The notes beneath the pieces are model-generated. The model made no database searches. It was not told where the DNA came from and worked only from the letters and a program-made list of their open reading frames with translations. Shown here piece after piece: positions 53,367 to 62,691 of a stretch of 64,000 nucleotides of DNA. Each line of letters starts with the position of its first letter. The first letter of the stretch is position 1. Origin of the DNA: an uncultured Clostridia bacterium (GTDB lineage Bacteria; Bacillota; Clostridia; TANB77; CAG-508); the NCBI GenBank assembly GCA_944387555.1, contig CALXFH010000004.1, positions 12,483 through 76,482 on the forward strand, written 5' to 3'. The position numbers and the translations under genes are program-made.

Positions 53367-53851
53367 TTTCTCTTTCCTCCTTTAATTTTTGTTTTCCTCT
53401 AAAAAATACGACTCTTGCCCAACTAGAAGTTTTTCCCATTATTTCTGCTATTTCTTTATAATTCAAATTACCAAGTATTCTTAAATACATTACATTTCTT
53501 GTTTGTTCATCTAGTTTTTGTATCTTTTTAAATATTTCTATTTTTTCTTGTTTTTCTAGAACTTCTTCTTCTAAAATTGCACTAGATACAATTACATCTT
53601 CTGCTTCTTCAAAAGAAATTTTGTCTACTTTCTTTTCCTTTTTCAAAGTTTTATACCAAATATATTTAGCAATTTGACAAAGCCAAGTAGAAATTTTGCA
53701 TTCGCCTTTAAATTTTTCAATATTTTTTATTGCAACTTCAAAAGTTTCTTGGACAATTTCTTCTGCTACTTCTTTGTTTCCGACTTAAGCAGAATATATA
53801 TTTATATACAGTTTTTGCATATTCTTGGTAAATTTTTTCTATATCCTGCAT
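53350..53851 (-). pseudogene. ECF-type sigma-70 family sigma factor, interrupted by a 1-nt frameshift
   Basis: The ATG at 53851 (RBS GGGGGA) gives MQDIEKIYQEYAKTVYKYIFCLS, which then stops at 53738. The +1 frame continues NKEVAEEIVQETFEVAIKNIEKFKGECKISTWLCQIAKYIWYKTLKKEKK... into ORF 53350-53646 (region 4: NLNYKEIAEIMGKTSSWARVVFFRGKQKL). The switch falls within 53775-53790 (CGGAAAC). Confidence 0.75.
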
Positions 53852-53962
53852 AACATTTCCCCCTTCTATAAAATAAGTGTTTAAGAAATGTGATTTTGTT
53901 ACAAAATTTTTAAATTTTTTTAAAAGAAAAAGGAGAAAATTCTCCTTCTCCTTATCTCTCTT

Positions 53963-54718
53963 TTATTGTTGCATTGTTTCTAATGATGACATTAAATTTG
54001 TATATTCTTCGTATGCGCTTTGTGTTGTAAACACTATTTGTTCTCCTTGTATTTCCCATTCATCTTTATTATCACTTAAGAAGTTGAAAAGTGTTTCTAA
54101 ATCGTCTAAAGCTGCTTTAGCTTCATCTTGTGCTGCTTTTAATTCTTCTATTGCTTCTTTCATACTACTACTTGATTCTTCATCTACTGCTAGTTGTTTA
54201 TATAGTTCCTTATAATATTCTCCTACATCTTTATCATCTATTTTTGAAAGCATATTTTCTTCGTTTGTATATTCTTCCATTTTAGTTATATAATCATCTA
54301 TAGCCTGTCTCATCGTTGCAATTTCAGCTTTTGTATTTGCAAAATCTGGTCCATCTTCTTTTATATTATCAAAAGAAACTAAATTCATAACTTTTTCTTC
54401 ATCTAAACTTTTTGATAATTCTTGTGTTTCAACAATTACATCATTTATATAATCTTTAAGTGTTTTTTCGACTACTGCATATGATCCAGTAGTTTTTATC
54501 TCCATATCTACTGGATTTTCTACTAATGTTCCATCTTCATTTACAATTTGTATTTCTGATAGCTTATTTACTTCTGCTATCAACTTCCCTGTTTGATTTC
54601 CATGATAATAAATAAATCCTCCTGCTATTAAAAGAATAAGAACTACTATTATTACAACAGTTATTATAATCTTTTTCTTACTCTTCTTTCCTACTTTTTC
54701 ATTACTTTTTTCTCCCAT
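53963..54718 (-). CDS. Hypothetical N-terminally anchored, coiled-coil-rich extracytoplasmic protein
   Basis: 251 aa. KKKIIITVVIIVVLILLIAGGFIYY anchor. No family recognised. Confidence 0.5.
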   Translation of the reverse strand: MGEKSNEKVGKKSKKKIIITVVIIVVLILLIAGGFIYYHGNQTGKLIAEVNKLSEIQIVNEDGTLVENPVDMEIKTTGSYAVVEKTLKDYINDVIVETQELSKSLDEEKVMNLVSFDNIKEDGPDFANTKAEIATMRQAIDDYITKMEEYTNEENMLSKIDDKDVGEYYKELYKQLAVDEESSSSMKEAIEELKAAQDEAKAALDDLETLFNFLSDNKDEWEIQGEQIVFTTQSAYEEYTNLMSSLETMQQ

Positions 54719-54807
54719 ATTAATCCATCCCTTCTTATTTTTAATTCTTTTCCATTATACTATTTATATTTCTCAATTACAAGTAAATATTATTATTTAG
54801 AAAAAAA

Positions 54808-54840
54808 TTAAGAAAGTATATTATATTTATACTTTCTTAA
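54808..54840 (-). terminator. Rho-independent terminator after 54861-55286
   Basis: 13-bp stem TTAAGAAAGTATA/TATACTTTCTTAA, followed on the minus strand by TTTTTTTCT. Confidence 0.7.
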
Positions 54841-54860
54841 AATTAAAAGGAGATATTTTG

Positions 54861-55286
54861 TTAAGCAATACCTAAAGCTTTTTCTACTCTTTCATGTCTA
54901 AACTTAAACTCTTTATGTTCCGCATTATTAATTTCTATAGCAGTTTTTAGTCTATCGCTTATATCTTTTTGATTATTAAGAATATTAGCTAAATTAGAGT
55001 TTTGCATTACATCAAGTTTTTCATTTATTTTGGTAAGTTCTTGCCTAATTCCTTTGTTTTCATTTTTAATTTCTTTTACTTCTACTTCTACTTTGCTTAA
55101 TCTTGTATCCATACTTTCTACTTTTATTTCTACATTTCCTAATCTTGTATCCATACTTCCTACTTTTGTTTCTACATTTCCTAGTCTTGTATCCATACTC
55201 TCTACTTTTGTTTCTACCTTATCTAATCTTGTGTTTACTTTACCAAATTCTCCTTGTATTTTCTCCCAAAGTTCTTGAATTTCCAT
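54861..55286 (-). CDS. Hypothetical coiled-coil protein with 14-aa tandem repeats
   Basis: 141 aa. Repeats (V/I)E(T/I)KV(E/G)SMDTRLGN x3, plus degenerate flanking copies. Confidence 0.55.
   Translation of the reverse strand: MEIQELWEKIQGEFGKVNTRLDKVETKVESMDTRLGNVETKVGSMDTRLGNVEIKVESMDTRLSKVEVEVKEIKNENKGIRQELTKINEKLDVMQNSNLANILNNQKDISDRLKTAIEINNAEHKEFKFRHERVEKALGIA
55101..55226 (-). repeat. Three in-frame 42-bp tandem repeats inside 54861-55286
   Basis: Units at 55101-55142, 55143-55184 and 55185-55226 (tcttgtatccatact[t/c][t/c]ctacttttRtttctac...). Degenerate partial units flank both sides. Confidence 0.85.
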
Positions 55287-55540
55287 AGCACTTCATCTCC
55301 TTCTTAATTATTCTGTTCAAATTTTAACACCATTATATTTTGTTTACAAGTCTGTAAATTTTACTTTTTACGTGTAGAAACCATTCTTTACTCTCTTTAC
55401 ATCTTTTTTTCTTTGTTTTTCTCACTTTTTTAAAACCTTCTTGTTCTAATTTACTTATTTGTTTTACTAAAAATAAAACAAAGCATAAATTCTAGGCTTT
55501 TACTAAAATTCATACTTTGTAATTTTTTGTTATAATATTT

Positions 55541-57250
55541 TTACATTTTGTTTGGCATTTCCATACCAAGTAATTTAGTTCCTTCTTTTAATACTTTAGC
55601 AGCTGCATAACTTAAGTAAACTCTTGCATCTTTTACTTCTTTATCATCTACCATTATTTTATTTTCATTATAAAAACTACTATATGCTTTTGCTAAATCA
55701 ATTAAATATCTTGATAAAATTGAAGGTTCTTCTTTCTCTGTTACTTGAACTAATATATTTTCAAAATTATATATTAATTTTAATATTTCTTGTGAATATT
55801 TATCAGCTAGCTTTTCTACATTTACATCTTTTACATTTGGAATTTCCCCTGCTTTATCTAATACGCTCTTTATTCTTACATAAGTATATTGAATATAAGG
55901 TCCCGTTTCTCCTTGGAAATTTAAAATTGTATCCCAATCAAAAACTTCATCTTTTACTCTATTATTTGATAAATCATTAAATATAACAGCTCCTACTCCA
56001 ACTTTTTTAGCAGTTTCATCTTTATCTTCTAAATCAGGATTTTTTTGTTCGATTACTTCTTTAGCTCTTTCTATTGCCTCATTTAATAAGTCTTCAAGTT
56101 TTATTGATGTTCCCTCTCTTGTTGACATTTTTCCTGTTGGTAATAGCACCATTCCAAAAGGTACATGTTTTAATCCTTTTATATATTTTTCATCTAATCC
56201 CAAATATTTTGCAGTTGCAAATACTTGTTTAAAGTGTAATACTTGTTCATATGATGTAACATATAAAGCTTTTTCAAAATCATATGTTCTTGCTCTATAA
56301 AGAATTGCTGCTAAATCTCTCGTTGCATATGTTGATGAACCATTTGATTTTATAATAATACATGGCGTATCTATTCCAACATCTGTTAAATCTACTATTT
56401 TAGCTCCTTGAGATTCTACTAATTTCCCTGACTTTTCTAAAAGTTCTATTACTTCTGGCATTTTATCTGAATAAAATGCTTCTCCATTCCAAGACTCAAA
56501 TTTACTTCCAAGCATATCATAAACTCTTTGGAATTCTTTTAAACTAACAGCTTTAAATTTTTCCCATAATTCAGTGCAATATGGATCTCCTTCTTCTAGT
56601 TTTTTGAAGTTATCTCTACATGCTTCTAATACCTTTTCATCTTCTTTACATAAATTATTTATCCTAATATAAATTTTTGTTAACTCATCTATAGGGTTTT
56701 TATCTATATCATATTCATCACCCCATAATTTGTATCCTTCTATTAACTTACCAAATTGAGTTCCATAATCTCCTATATGATTTATACCTGTTACATTATA
56801 CCCTAAAAATTTATATATGTTAGATAAAGCTCCTCCAATAACTGTAGAACGCAAATGTCCTATATGGAATGGTTTTGCAATATTAGGTGCAGAGTAATCT
56901 ATTACAATATTTCTTCCTTCTCCTATTTTAGCTCTTCCATATTCTTCTTTACTTGCTACTTCATTTAATACCTCTTTTGCAAGTATTTCTTTATCAACAA
57001 AAAAGTTTAAAAAGCCTCCAACGACTTCTACTTTTTCTATTCCTGTTCCTTCTAAACTTATTTTTTCTTTTATTTCATTTGCAATTACAGGTGGCGCTTT
57101 TTTTAATTCTTTTGCTAATTTAAAGCAAGGAAAAGAATAATCACCATTTTTCGTATCTTTTGGTATTTCTATATATGATTCTAATTCTTTTTTATCAATA
57201 TCTACCACTTTTCCTAATTCTTCTGTAATTTTAGTTTTAAAATCTATCAT
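55541..57250 (-). CDS. argS: Arginine--tRNA ligase
   Basis: 569 aa. HIGH motif PNIAKPFHIGHLRS, an MSTR-type second motif (GKMSTREG), and a DALR anticodon-binding C-terminus. Confidence 0.95.
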   Translation of the reverse strand: MIDFKTKITEELGKVVDIDKKELESYIEIPKDTKNGDYSFPCFKLAKELKKAPPVIANEIKEKISLEGTGIEKVEVVGGFLNFFVDKEILAKEVLNEVASKEEYGRAKIGEGRNIVIDYSAPNIAKPFHIGHLRSTVIGGALSNIYKFLGYNVTGINHIGDYGTQFGKLIEGYKLWGDEYDIDKNPIDELTKIYIRINNLCKEDEKVLEACRDNFKKLEEGDPYCTELWEKFKAVSLKEFQRVYDMLGSKFESWNGEAFYSDKMPEVIELLEKSGKLVESQGAKIVDLTDVGIDTPCIIIKSNGSSTYATRDLAAILYRARTYDFEKALYVTSYEQVLHFKQVFATAKYLGLDEKYIKGLKHVPFGMVLLPTGKMSTREGTSIKLEDLLNEAIERAKEVIEQKNPDLEDKDETAKKVGVGAVIFNDLSNNRVKDEVFDWDTILNFQGETGPYIQYTYVRIKSVLDKAGEIPNVKDVNVEKLADKYSQEILKLIYNFENILVQVTEKEEPSILSRYLIDLAKAYSSFYNENKIMVDDKEVKDARVYLSYAAAKVLKEGTKLLGMEMPNKM

Positions 57251-57348
57251 CTTATTCTCCCTCTTTTATGTTAAATTTCTTTAATATTATATTATGTAAA
57301 AGCCCAAAAGTCAATAAAATTCTATTATTATAGAAACTAAAATTTATT

Positions 57349-58365
57349 TTATTTTTTATTACTACTGCTCTTAATTATATAATTCCATGAATCTTTACAC
57401 ATATCATCTAAAGTTTTAGTTGCAACCCAACCTAATTCATCTTTTGCTTTTTTAGGGTCTGCATAACATGTTGCAATATCTCCTTCTCTTCTTGGTGCTA
57501 TTTTATAAGGTACTTTCTTTCCAGTTGCTTTTTCAAATGCTTTTACCATATCTAAAACACTATAACCTTTTCCTGTTCCTAGATTATAAATAAATAATCC
57601 TTGATTTTCTTTATCTAATTTATTTAAAGCACATACATGTCCTTTTGCTAAATCTACTACATGTATATAATCTCTAACTCCTGTTCCATCAGGTGTATCG
57701 TAGTCATTGCCAAAAACAGATAGTTCTTTTAAAGTTCCTGCTGCTACTCTTGCTACATATGGCATTAAATTATTTGGAATGCCTTGTGGTTCTTCACCAA
57801 TTAATCCACTCTCATGTGCTCCTACTGGATTAAAGTATCTAAGTATACATATATCCCATGTATTATCTGACTTATATAAATCTTTTAATATTTGCTCTAT
57901 AAATAATTTAGATGTACCATATGGATTTGTTGTTCCACCTGTTTTACAATCTTCTGTTAAAGGTATTCTCTCAGGTTCTCCATATACTGTTGCTGATGAA
58001 CTAAATATAAATTTTTTAACATTATATTTTTTCATAGTTTCTAGAAGTATTAAACAACCTGTTATATTATTATGATAATACTCTAATGGTTTTTGTACTG
58101 ACTCCCCTACAGCTTTATATCCTGCAAAATTTAATACTGCATCTATTTTATTTTCTTCAAAAACTTTTTCTAACTTTTCTCTATCTAAATAATTAAGCTC
58201 ATAAAATTTAAAATCTTTTCCTGTTATTTTTTTTATTTTATCTAAGACCTCTTTCTTGCTATTTGAAAAATTATCTACTATTACAACCTCTTTTCCTGCA
58301 TTTAATAATTCTACAGCAGTATGACTTCCAATAAATCCTGCTCCTCCTGGTAATAATATTGCCAT
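57349..58365 (-). CDS. galE: UDP-glucose 4-epimerase
   Basis: I prefer the start MAILLPGGAGFIGSH at 58365 (AGGAGG RBS). Catalytic YGTSK and typical GalE blocks (RYFNPVGAH, DGTGVRDYIHVVDLA). Confidence 0.9.
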   Translation of the reverse strand: MAILLPGGAGFIGSHTAVELLNAGKEVVIVDNFSNSKKEVLDKIKKITGKDFKFYELNYLDREKLEKVFEENKIDAVLNFAGYKAVGESVQKPLEYYHNNITGCLILLETMKKYNVKKFIFSSSATVYGEPERIPLTEDCKTGGTTNPYGTSKLFIEQILKDLYKSDNTWDICILRYFNPVGAHESGLIGEEPQGIPNNLMPYVARVAAGTLKELSVFGNDYDTPDGTGVRDYIHVVDLAKGHVCALNKLDKENQGLFIYNLGTGKGYSVLDMVKAFEKATGKKVPYKIAPRREGDIATCYADPKKAKDELGWVATKTLDDMCKDSWNYIIKSSSNKK

Positions 58366-58481
58366 TTTCTTTACCTCCTTTTTTTCATCCACATTTTCAC
58401 TTTTTAGATTATATTACAATATTGGTTTAAATACAATACTGAAAATTTAAAAAACTAATAATAACACATTTTTATAGAAAA

Positions 58482-58510
58482 AGAAAAAAGATAGAAGCAA
58501 AACTTCTATC
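58482..58510 (-). terminator. Rho-independent terminator after cysS
   Basis: Stem GATAGAAG/CTTCTATC overlapping the TAG stop. Followed on the minus strand by TTTTTTCTTTTT. Confidence 0.65.
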
Positions 58511-59895
58511 TATTTCTTAGATACTTCTGTTCCTTCTTTTGTATCTTTTATATTATAACCTTTACTATTTATTAAATCTCTTAATCTATCAGACTCTTCC
58601 CAATTTTTATCATTTCTTGCTTGCTTTCTTTTTTCTATCAAATTCAATATTTCTTCTGGTATATTCTCTTCTTTTTTGTCTTCTTCATCAATTTTAAGTC
58701 CCATTACTGTATCAAATTTAAGTAATAATTGTGCAAGTTTAGGTGATTTCTTATTATTACGTACAACCTCCCAAACTACTCCCATTGCTAATGGCATATT
58801 TAAATCATCATTAATTGCTTTGTGGAATCTTTCTTCAAATTCATTAACAGTATCATCATCCACTTCATCTGTTCCATTTAAATGTAATTTGTAGCCATTT
58901 TTTAATCTCTCTAAGGATTTTTCCGCTGCATCCATTCCTTTCCATGTAAAGTTTAGTTTATTTCTATAATGTGAAGAATAACTAAATAATTTATAAGTTA
59001 AAGGATTATATCCTCTATCTATTATATCTTTTAGTAAATAAACATTTCCTAGACTTTTAGACATCTTTCCACCATCTATTAATAGATATTCACCATGAAG
59101 CCAATATCTAGCTGGTATTTTTCCACAATAACCTTTGCTTTGTGCAATTTCATTTTCGTGATGTGTAGGTATTAAATCTATTCCTCCTGTATGTATATCA
59201 AATTGTTCTCCTAAATATTTTTGTCCCATTGCTGAACATTCAATATGCCATCCTGGATAACTTGGTCCCCATGGACTATCCCATTTCATTAAATGGTTTT
59301 CTGGTGCTTTTATCCAAAGTGCAAAGTCATAAGGATTTTTCTTTTCTGGGTCTACTTCTACCCTTGCTCCTGCTTTTTGATCCTCCACATTTAAATTAGA
59401 TAGAACTGGATATTTATCTAATTTTGATACGTCAAAATATATTGCTGTAGAAGTTTCGTAAGCATATCCCTTTTTTACTAATACTTCAACATATTGAAGC
59501 ATTTCTTTTATATGATCTGTTGCCTTACATACAATTTCTGGTGTTTCTATATTTAAAGCTTTTAAATCATCAAAAAATAATTTTGTGTAATGCTTGGCTA
59601 TTTCTTCTGGAGATTTATGTTCTTCTCTTGCTGACTTTATCATTTTGTCTTCTCCTTCATCTCCATCAGAAACTAGATGTCCTACATCTGTTATATTCAT
59701 TGCATGTTTTATTTTATATCCATTATAACGTAAAACTCTCCTTAATATATCTTGAAATATATTTGTTCTCAAATTTCCTATAGTTGCATCTTTATATACA
59801 GTAGGACCACAAGAATATATTTTAACCTCTTTTTCATCTATTGGCTTAAAAACTTCTTTTTTTCTTGTTAATGTGTTAGTAAAAAATATATCCAT
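58510..59895 (-). CDS. cysS: Cysteine--tRNA ligase (HIGH motif reads TIGN)
   Basis: 461 aa. SCGPTVYKDATIGNLRT, Zn ligand blocks GWHIECS and THHENEIAQ, and KMSKSLGN. Confidence 0.9.
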   Translation of the reverse strand: MDIFFTNTLTRKKEVFKPIDEKEVKIYSCGPTVYKDATIGNLRTNIFQDILRRVLRYNGYKIKHAMNITDVGHLVSDGDEGEDKMIKSAREEHKSPEEIAKHYTKLFFDDLKALNIETPEIVCKATDHIKEMLQYVEVLVKKGYAYETSTAIYFDVSKLDKYPVLSNLNVEDQKAGARVEVDPEKKNPYDFALWIKAPENHLMKWDSPWGPSYPGWHIECSAMGQKYLGEQFDIHTGGIDLIPTHHENEIAQSKGYCGKIPARYWLHGEYLLIDGGKMSKSLGNVYLLKDIIDRGYNPLTYKLFSYSSHYRNKLNFTWKGMDAAEKSLERLKNGYKLHLNGTDEVDDDTVNEFEERFHKAINDDLNMPLAMGVVWEVVRNNKKSPKLAQLLLKFDTVMGLKIDEEDKKEENIPEEILNLIEKRKQARNDKNWEESDRLRDLINSKGYNIKDTKEGTEVSKK

Positions 59896-59915
59896 AATTC
59901 CTCCTTACTTCCTAT

Positions 59916-59941
59916 AAAATACCAAGATAACTTGGTATTTT
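59916..59941 (-). terminator. Terminator-like hairpin between the PBP gene and the cysS RBS
   Basis: 11-bp stem AAAATACCAAG/CTTGGTATTTT with a 4-nt loop. The 3' arm supplies the U-tract. The cysS RBS AAGGAGGAA follows within 12 nt. Confidence 0.5.
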
Positions 59942-59958
59942 ATAAGATTATTATTTTA

Positions 59959-62601
59959 TTATTCAATGCTTCTGGCAGTTCCTCCAGTTTCATTTGTTCC
60001 TCCTGGTGTTTCTGGTTCTTCTGTACCTCCAGTATCTCCTCCTGAGGAACCTCCTCCAGGATTTCCGCTTCCTGAACTAGTATCTGTATTTCCTCCTGAT
60101 GTATTTTCATCTGGCGTTTCTATAGGTCTTGTTATTGTATTGTTAGCAGGTGTGCTTGGTTCTTCTGGTTCTACAACTTTTGGTGAGGTGTGAATATTAC
60201 AAGTCTCATAAACTCTCTCTCCATCAGTTGTTACTTTTCTATCTACTGGTGTCCATAATTTTAATTGTTCTTTTGGTAATACTGCTCCATAATAATTTGT
60301 TGTTACTTCACAATATTGAGAACAGTATTCAGTTGCTATTTTTCCAGATTCTGAACATATTCTTTGACTTCCATGTCCTTGACATTTTTCTGGTAAATTA
60401 TTTGAAGCAAATATTTCTGTATAAGTATCTGTACAACCAGTTGTTGCTAAACAACCTGTTGTTCTACATACTGTTTCTTCTACTATTCCATTTGGTCTTT
60501 CAAAAGTTGCTCCATCTAAATCTTTATGTATATCTGTCATTATAGCATCCCAAATTTGTCCTGCTGGATTTTGGCTAAATCCTCTTACTTCCTCATTATT
60601 GTCATAACCAAACCATGTTGCTGCTGCATAATATGGTGTAAATCCACAAAGCCATCTATCATTACTATTATCTGTCGTTCCTGTTTTAGCAACTACGTCC
60701 ATTCCTTTTATTGCACAATATGTTGCTGTTCCTCCGCTCTTTGTTGGCTCCATTCCTATTTGTTTTGCAAGATATGCAGTTTGCTCTGAAAATACTCTTG
60801 TTTCTTCTTGGTTTGGTGTCAATACTGTATTTCCGCTTGAATCAACTACTTTTGTATAGAATGTTGGTGTTATATAAACTCCATCATTTGCAATTGTTCC
60901 ATATGCTGACGCCATTTCTAATGGGCTTGCACCATGAGTCATACCCCCGATTGCCAAAGCAAGCACTTCATCATCTTCTTCATCTAATGATGATAGTCCC
61001 ATTTTTTGTAAATATTCTAATGATTTCTTTGGTGTTAATTCTTTCATTATCTTAACAGCTGGTATGTTTTTAGATCTTCTTATAAACTCTCTTATATCCA
61101 TTGATTTGTTATCATATTTATCATCATCTTTTGGTATATAATTATTACCAAAATCTGTCTTTTCATCCATATATCTCGTAGATGGTGTTATTACGCCTTC
61201 CTCTAAACCTGGCGCTACATCTGCAATCATCTTTATAGATGAACCCGTTTGTTTTTTCATTTGAGTTGCTCTATTCCATCCAGATCCTGACTTTTCTCCA
61301 AGCCCTCCTGCTACTGCAACTACATTTCCTGTTTTATAATCTACAATTGCCATTCCAGATTGCGTATGATCATTTATTAAGTTACCATTTCCATCCTTAT
61401 CTCTTCCACTTACAATATATTTTTCTTTTTTGTATTCTTCTTCTACTCTTGCTTGAATATTTGTATCTACTGTTGAATAAATTGTAAGTCCACTACTATA
61501 TACATAGTTTTCTGCTATTGGTCTTGTAACTCCTCTTTCTTCCATTACCTGATTAATTACTTGGTCTAATACCGCATCTGTATGGTAAGAATAATTTGAT
61601 GAAGTTGACACATTTCCTTTTTGGAAGTTCAATCCATTGTCTACTTCTGCTACTGCATCATTATAATCTTGTTCTTCTTCAATAAAGCCTAGTTCTTTCA
61701 TTTTAGCTAATACTGTTTTTGTTCTATTCTTTATTTTTTCTGTATTATCTGTTGATGTATCAAATGGGTTATATGAAGATGGTGAATTATTTATTCCTGC
61801 CATAAACGCACATTCTGCTAAAGATAAGTCTTTTGCACTCTTATTAAAATAATATTCAGCACCCAATTCTACTCCATGAAGATTTCCTTCTCCACCGACA
61901 TATAGGATATTTAAGTACAATTCTAGAATTTGGTCTTTTGATATCATTCTTTCTACTTGATATGCTTTTGCCCATTCTCTTATTTTTCTATATATACCTG
62001 CTAATCCCTGTGACTCATCATCTTCAGTTATATTTTTTACAAGCTGTTGTGTTATTGTACTTCCTCCATAACTTGAGCTTCCCCTAAATATTGTATTAAA
62101 TATAGCTCCTGCTGTTCTCTTCCAGTCAACACCATGATGTTTATAAAATCTTTCATCTTCTATTGCCACATATGCTTTTGGTAAATATTTTGACATATCT
62201 CCTAGTGATATAATTTTTCTTTTCTCATCACCACTAAGATTTGCAATTACCCCTCCGTTTTGGTCTACTACAACAGAATTTGATGCTTTTATATTTAATT
62301 CATCTTTACTTATTTCAAAGTCATCTCCAAATAGCCCAAAGAATATTCCGGCTACTATTCCAGCACCAATTACACATAATAGTAAGAATATTATGACTGC
62401 TACTTTAAGTGCTGTTTTTACCTTGGGATTCATTCCTTTTTTCCCATTTTTCTTTCTTTTCATACTACTCTTTGTTCCATTAGTTGTTTTAGTTGCGTTG
62501 GTCTTTTTCCTTGCTGTTGGTCTTCTTCTATTTTGAGTATTTGAAGGCCTTTTTCTATTTTGATTACTACTTGTATTTCTTCTATTACTACTATCTGGCA
62601 T
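59959..62601 (-). CDS. Class A penicillin-binding protein (transglycosylase/transpeptidase, PBP1A-type)
   Basis: 880 aa. GT51 motifs EDERFYKHHG, GGSTITQQ and RKIREW. Transpeptidase motifs SSIK, SKN and KTGT. Basic N-terminal tail, one TM, and a C-terminal Cys-rich region followed by a G/T/P/S-rich tail. Confidence 0.9.
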   Translation of the reverse strand: MPDSSNRRNTSSNQNRKRPSNTQNRRRPTARKKTNATKTTNGTKSSMKRKKNGKKGMNPKVKTALKVAVIIFLLLCVIGAGIVAGIFFGLFGDDFEISKDELNIKASNSVVVDQNGGVIANLSGDEKRKIISLGDMSKYLPKAYVAIEDERFYKHHGVDWKRTAGAIFNTIFRGSSSYGGSTITQQLVKNITEDDESQGLAGIYRKIREWAKAYQVERMISKDQILELYLNILYVGGEGNLHGVELGAEYYFNKSAKDLSLAECAFMAGINNSPSSYNPFDTSTDNTEKIKNRTKTVLAKMKELGFIEEEQDYNDAVAEVDNGLNFQKGNVSTSSNYSYHTDAVLDQVINQVMEERGVTRPIAENYVYSSGLTIYSTVDTNIQARVEEEYKKEKYIVSGRDKDGNGNLINDHTQSGMAIVDYKTGNVVAVAGGLGEKSGSGWNRATQMKKQTGSSIKMIADVAPGLEEGVITPSTRYMDEKTDFGNNYIPKDDDKYDNKSMDIREFIRRSKNIPAVKIMKELTPKKSLEYLQKMGLSSLDEEDDEVLALAIGGMTHGASPLEMASAYGTIANDGVYITPTFYTKVVDSSGNTVLTPNQEETRVFSEQTAYLAKQIGMEPTKSGGTATYCAIKGMDVVAKTGTTDNSNDRWLCGFTPYYAAATWFGYDNNEEVRGFSQNPAGQIWDAIMTDIHKDLDGATFERPNGIVEETVCRTTGCLATTGCTDTYTEIFASNNLPEKCQGHGSQRICSESGKIATEYCSQYCEVTTNYYGAVLPKEQLKLWTPVDRKVTTDGERVYETCNIHTSPKVVEPEEPSTPANNTITRPIETPDENTSGGNTDTSSGSGNPGGGSSGGDTGGTEEPETPGGTNETGGTARSIE

Positions 62602-62691
62602 TTTCTTACCTCCTTGCCAATTTTTAATTGGTCAAATACATTATATTATATTTTAGGAAAAAATGGAAGCTTTTTATAAAATTTTAAGAAA

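Noticed and set aside
53877-54215. A 112-aa plus-strand ORF overlapping the 3' half of 53963-54718.
   Set aside because: It is antisense to a better-supported membrane-anchored ORF with an RBS. Its sequence is Ser/Leu/Cys-rich and low-complexity.
55287-55540. A possible gene remnant between argS and 54861-55286. An open minus-strand frame reads ...VKQISKLEQEGFKKVRKTKKKRCKESKEWFLHVKSKIYRLVNKI.
   Set aside because: There is no start codon or RBS in that frame and no recognisable motif. A weak AT-only hairpin (TTTGTTTTA/TAAAACAAA) there may be the argS terminator, but it is too weak to list.
965-58392. N-terminal extensions of ORF-track models: 965-1027, 1552-1611, 25531-25539, 30452-30514, 33934-33939, 37103-37141, 39892-39927, 44330-44383, 47021-47065 and 58366-58392.
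   Set aside because: In each case an internal ATG is preceded by a strong GGAGG-type RBS at 6-9 nt and matches the usual family N-terminus. The longer versions lack an RBS or overlap promoter elements.
59966-60193. A locally GC-richer stretch at the 3' end of the PBP gene, considered as a possible foreign insertion.
   Set aside because: It is in frame and encodes a Gly/Pro/Thr/Ser-rich C-terminal tail (GGNTDTSSGSGNPGGGSSGGDTGGTEEPETPGG). Amino-acid bias explains the composition.
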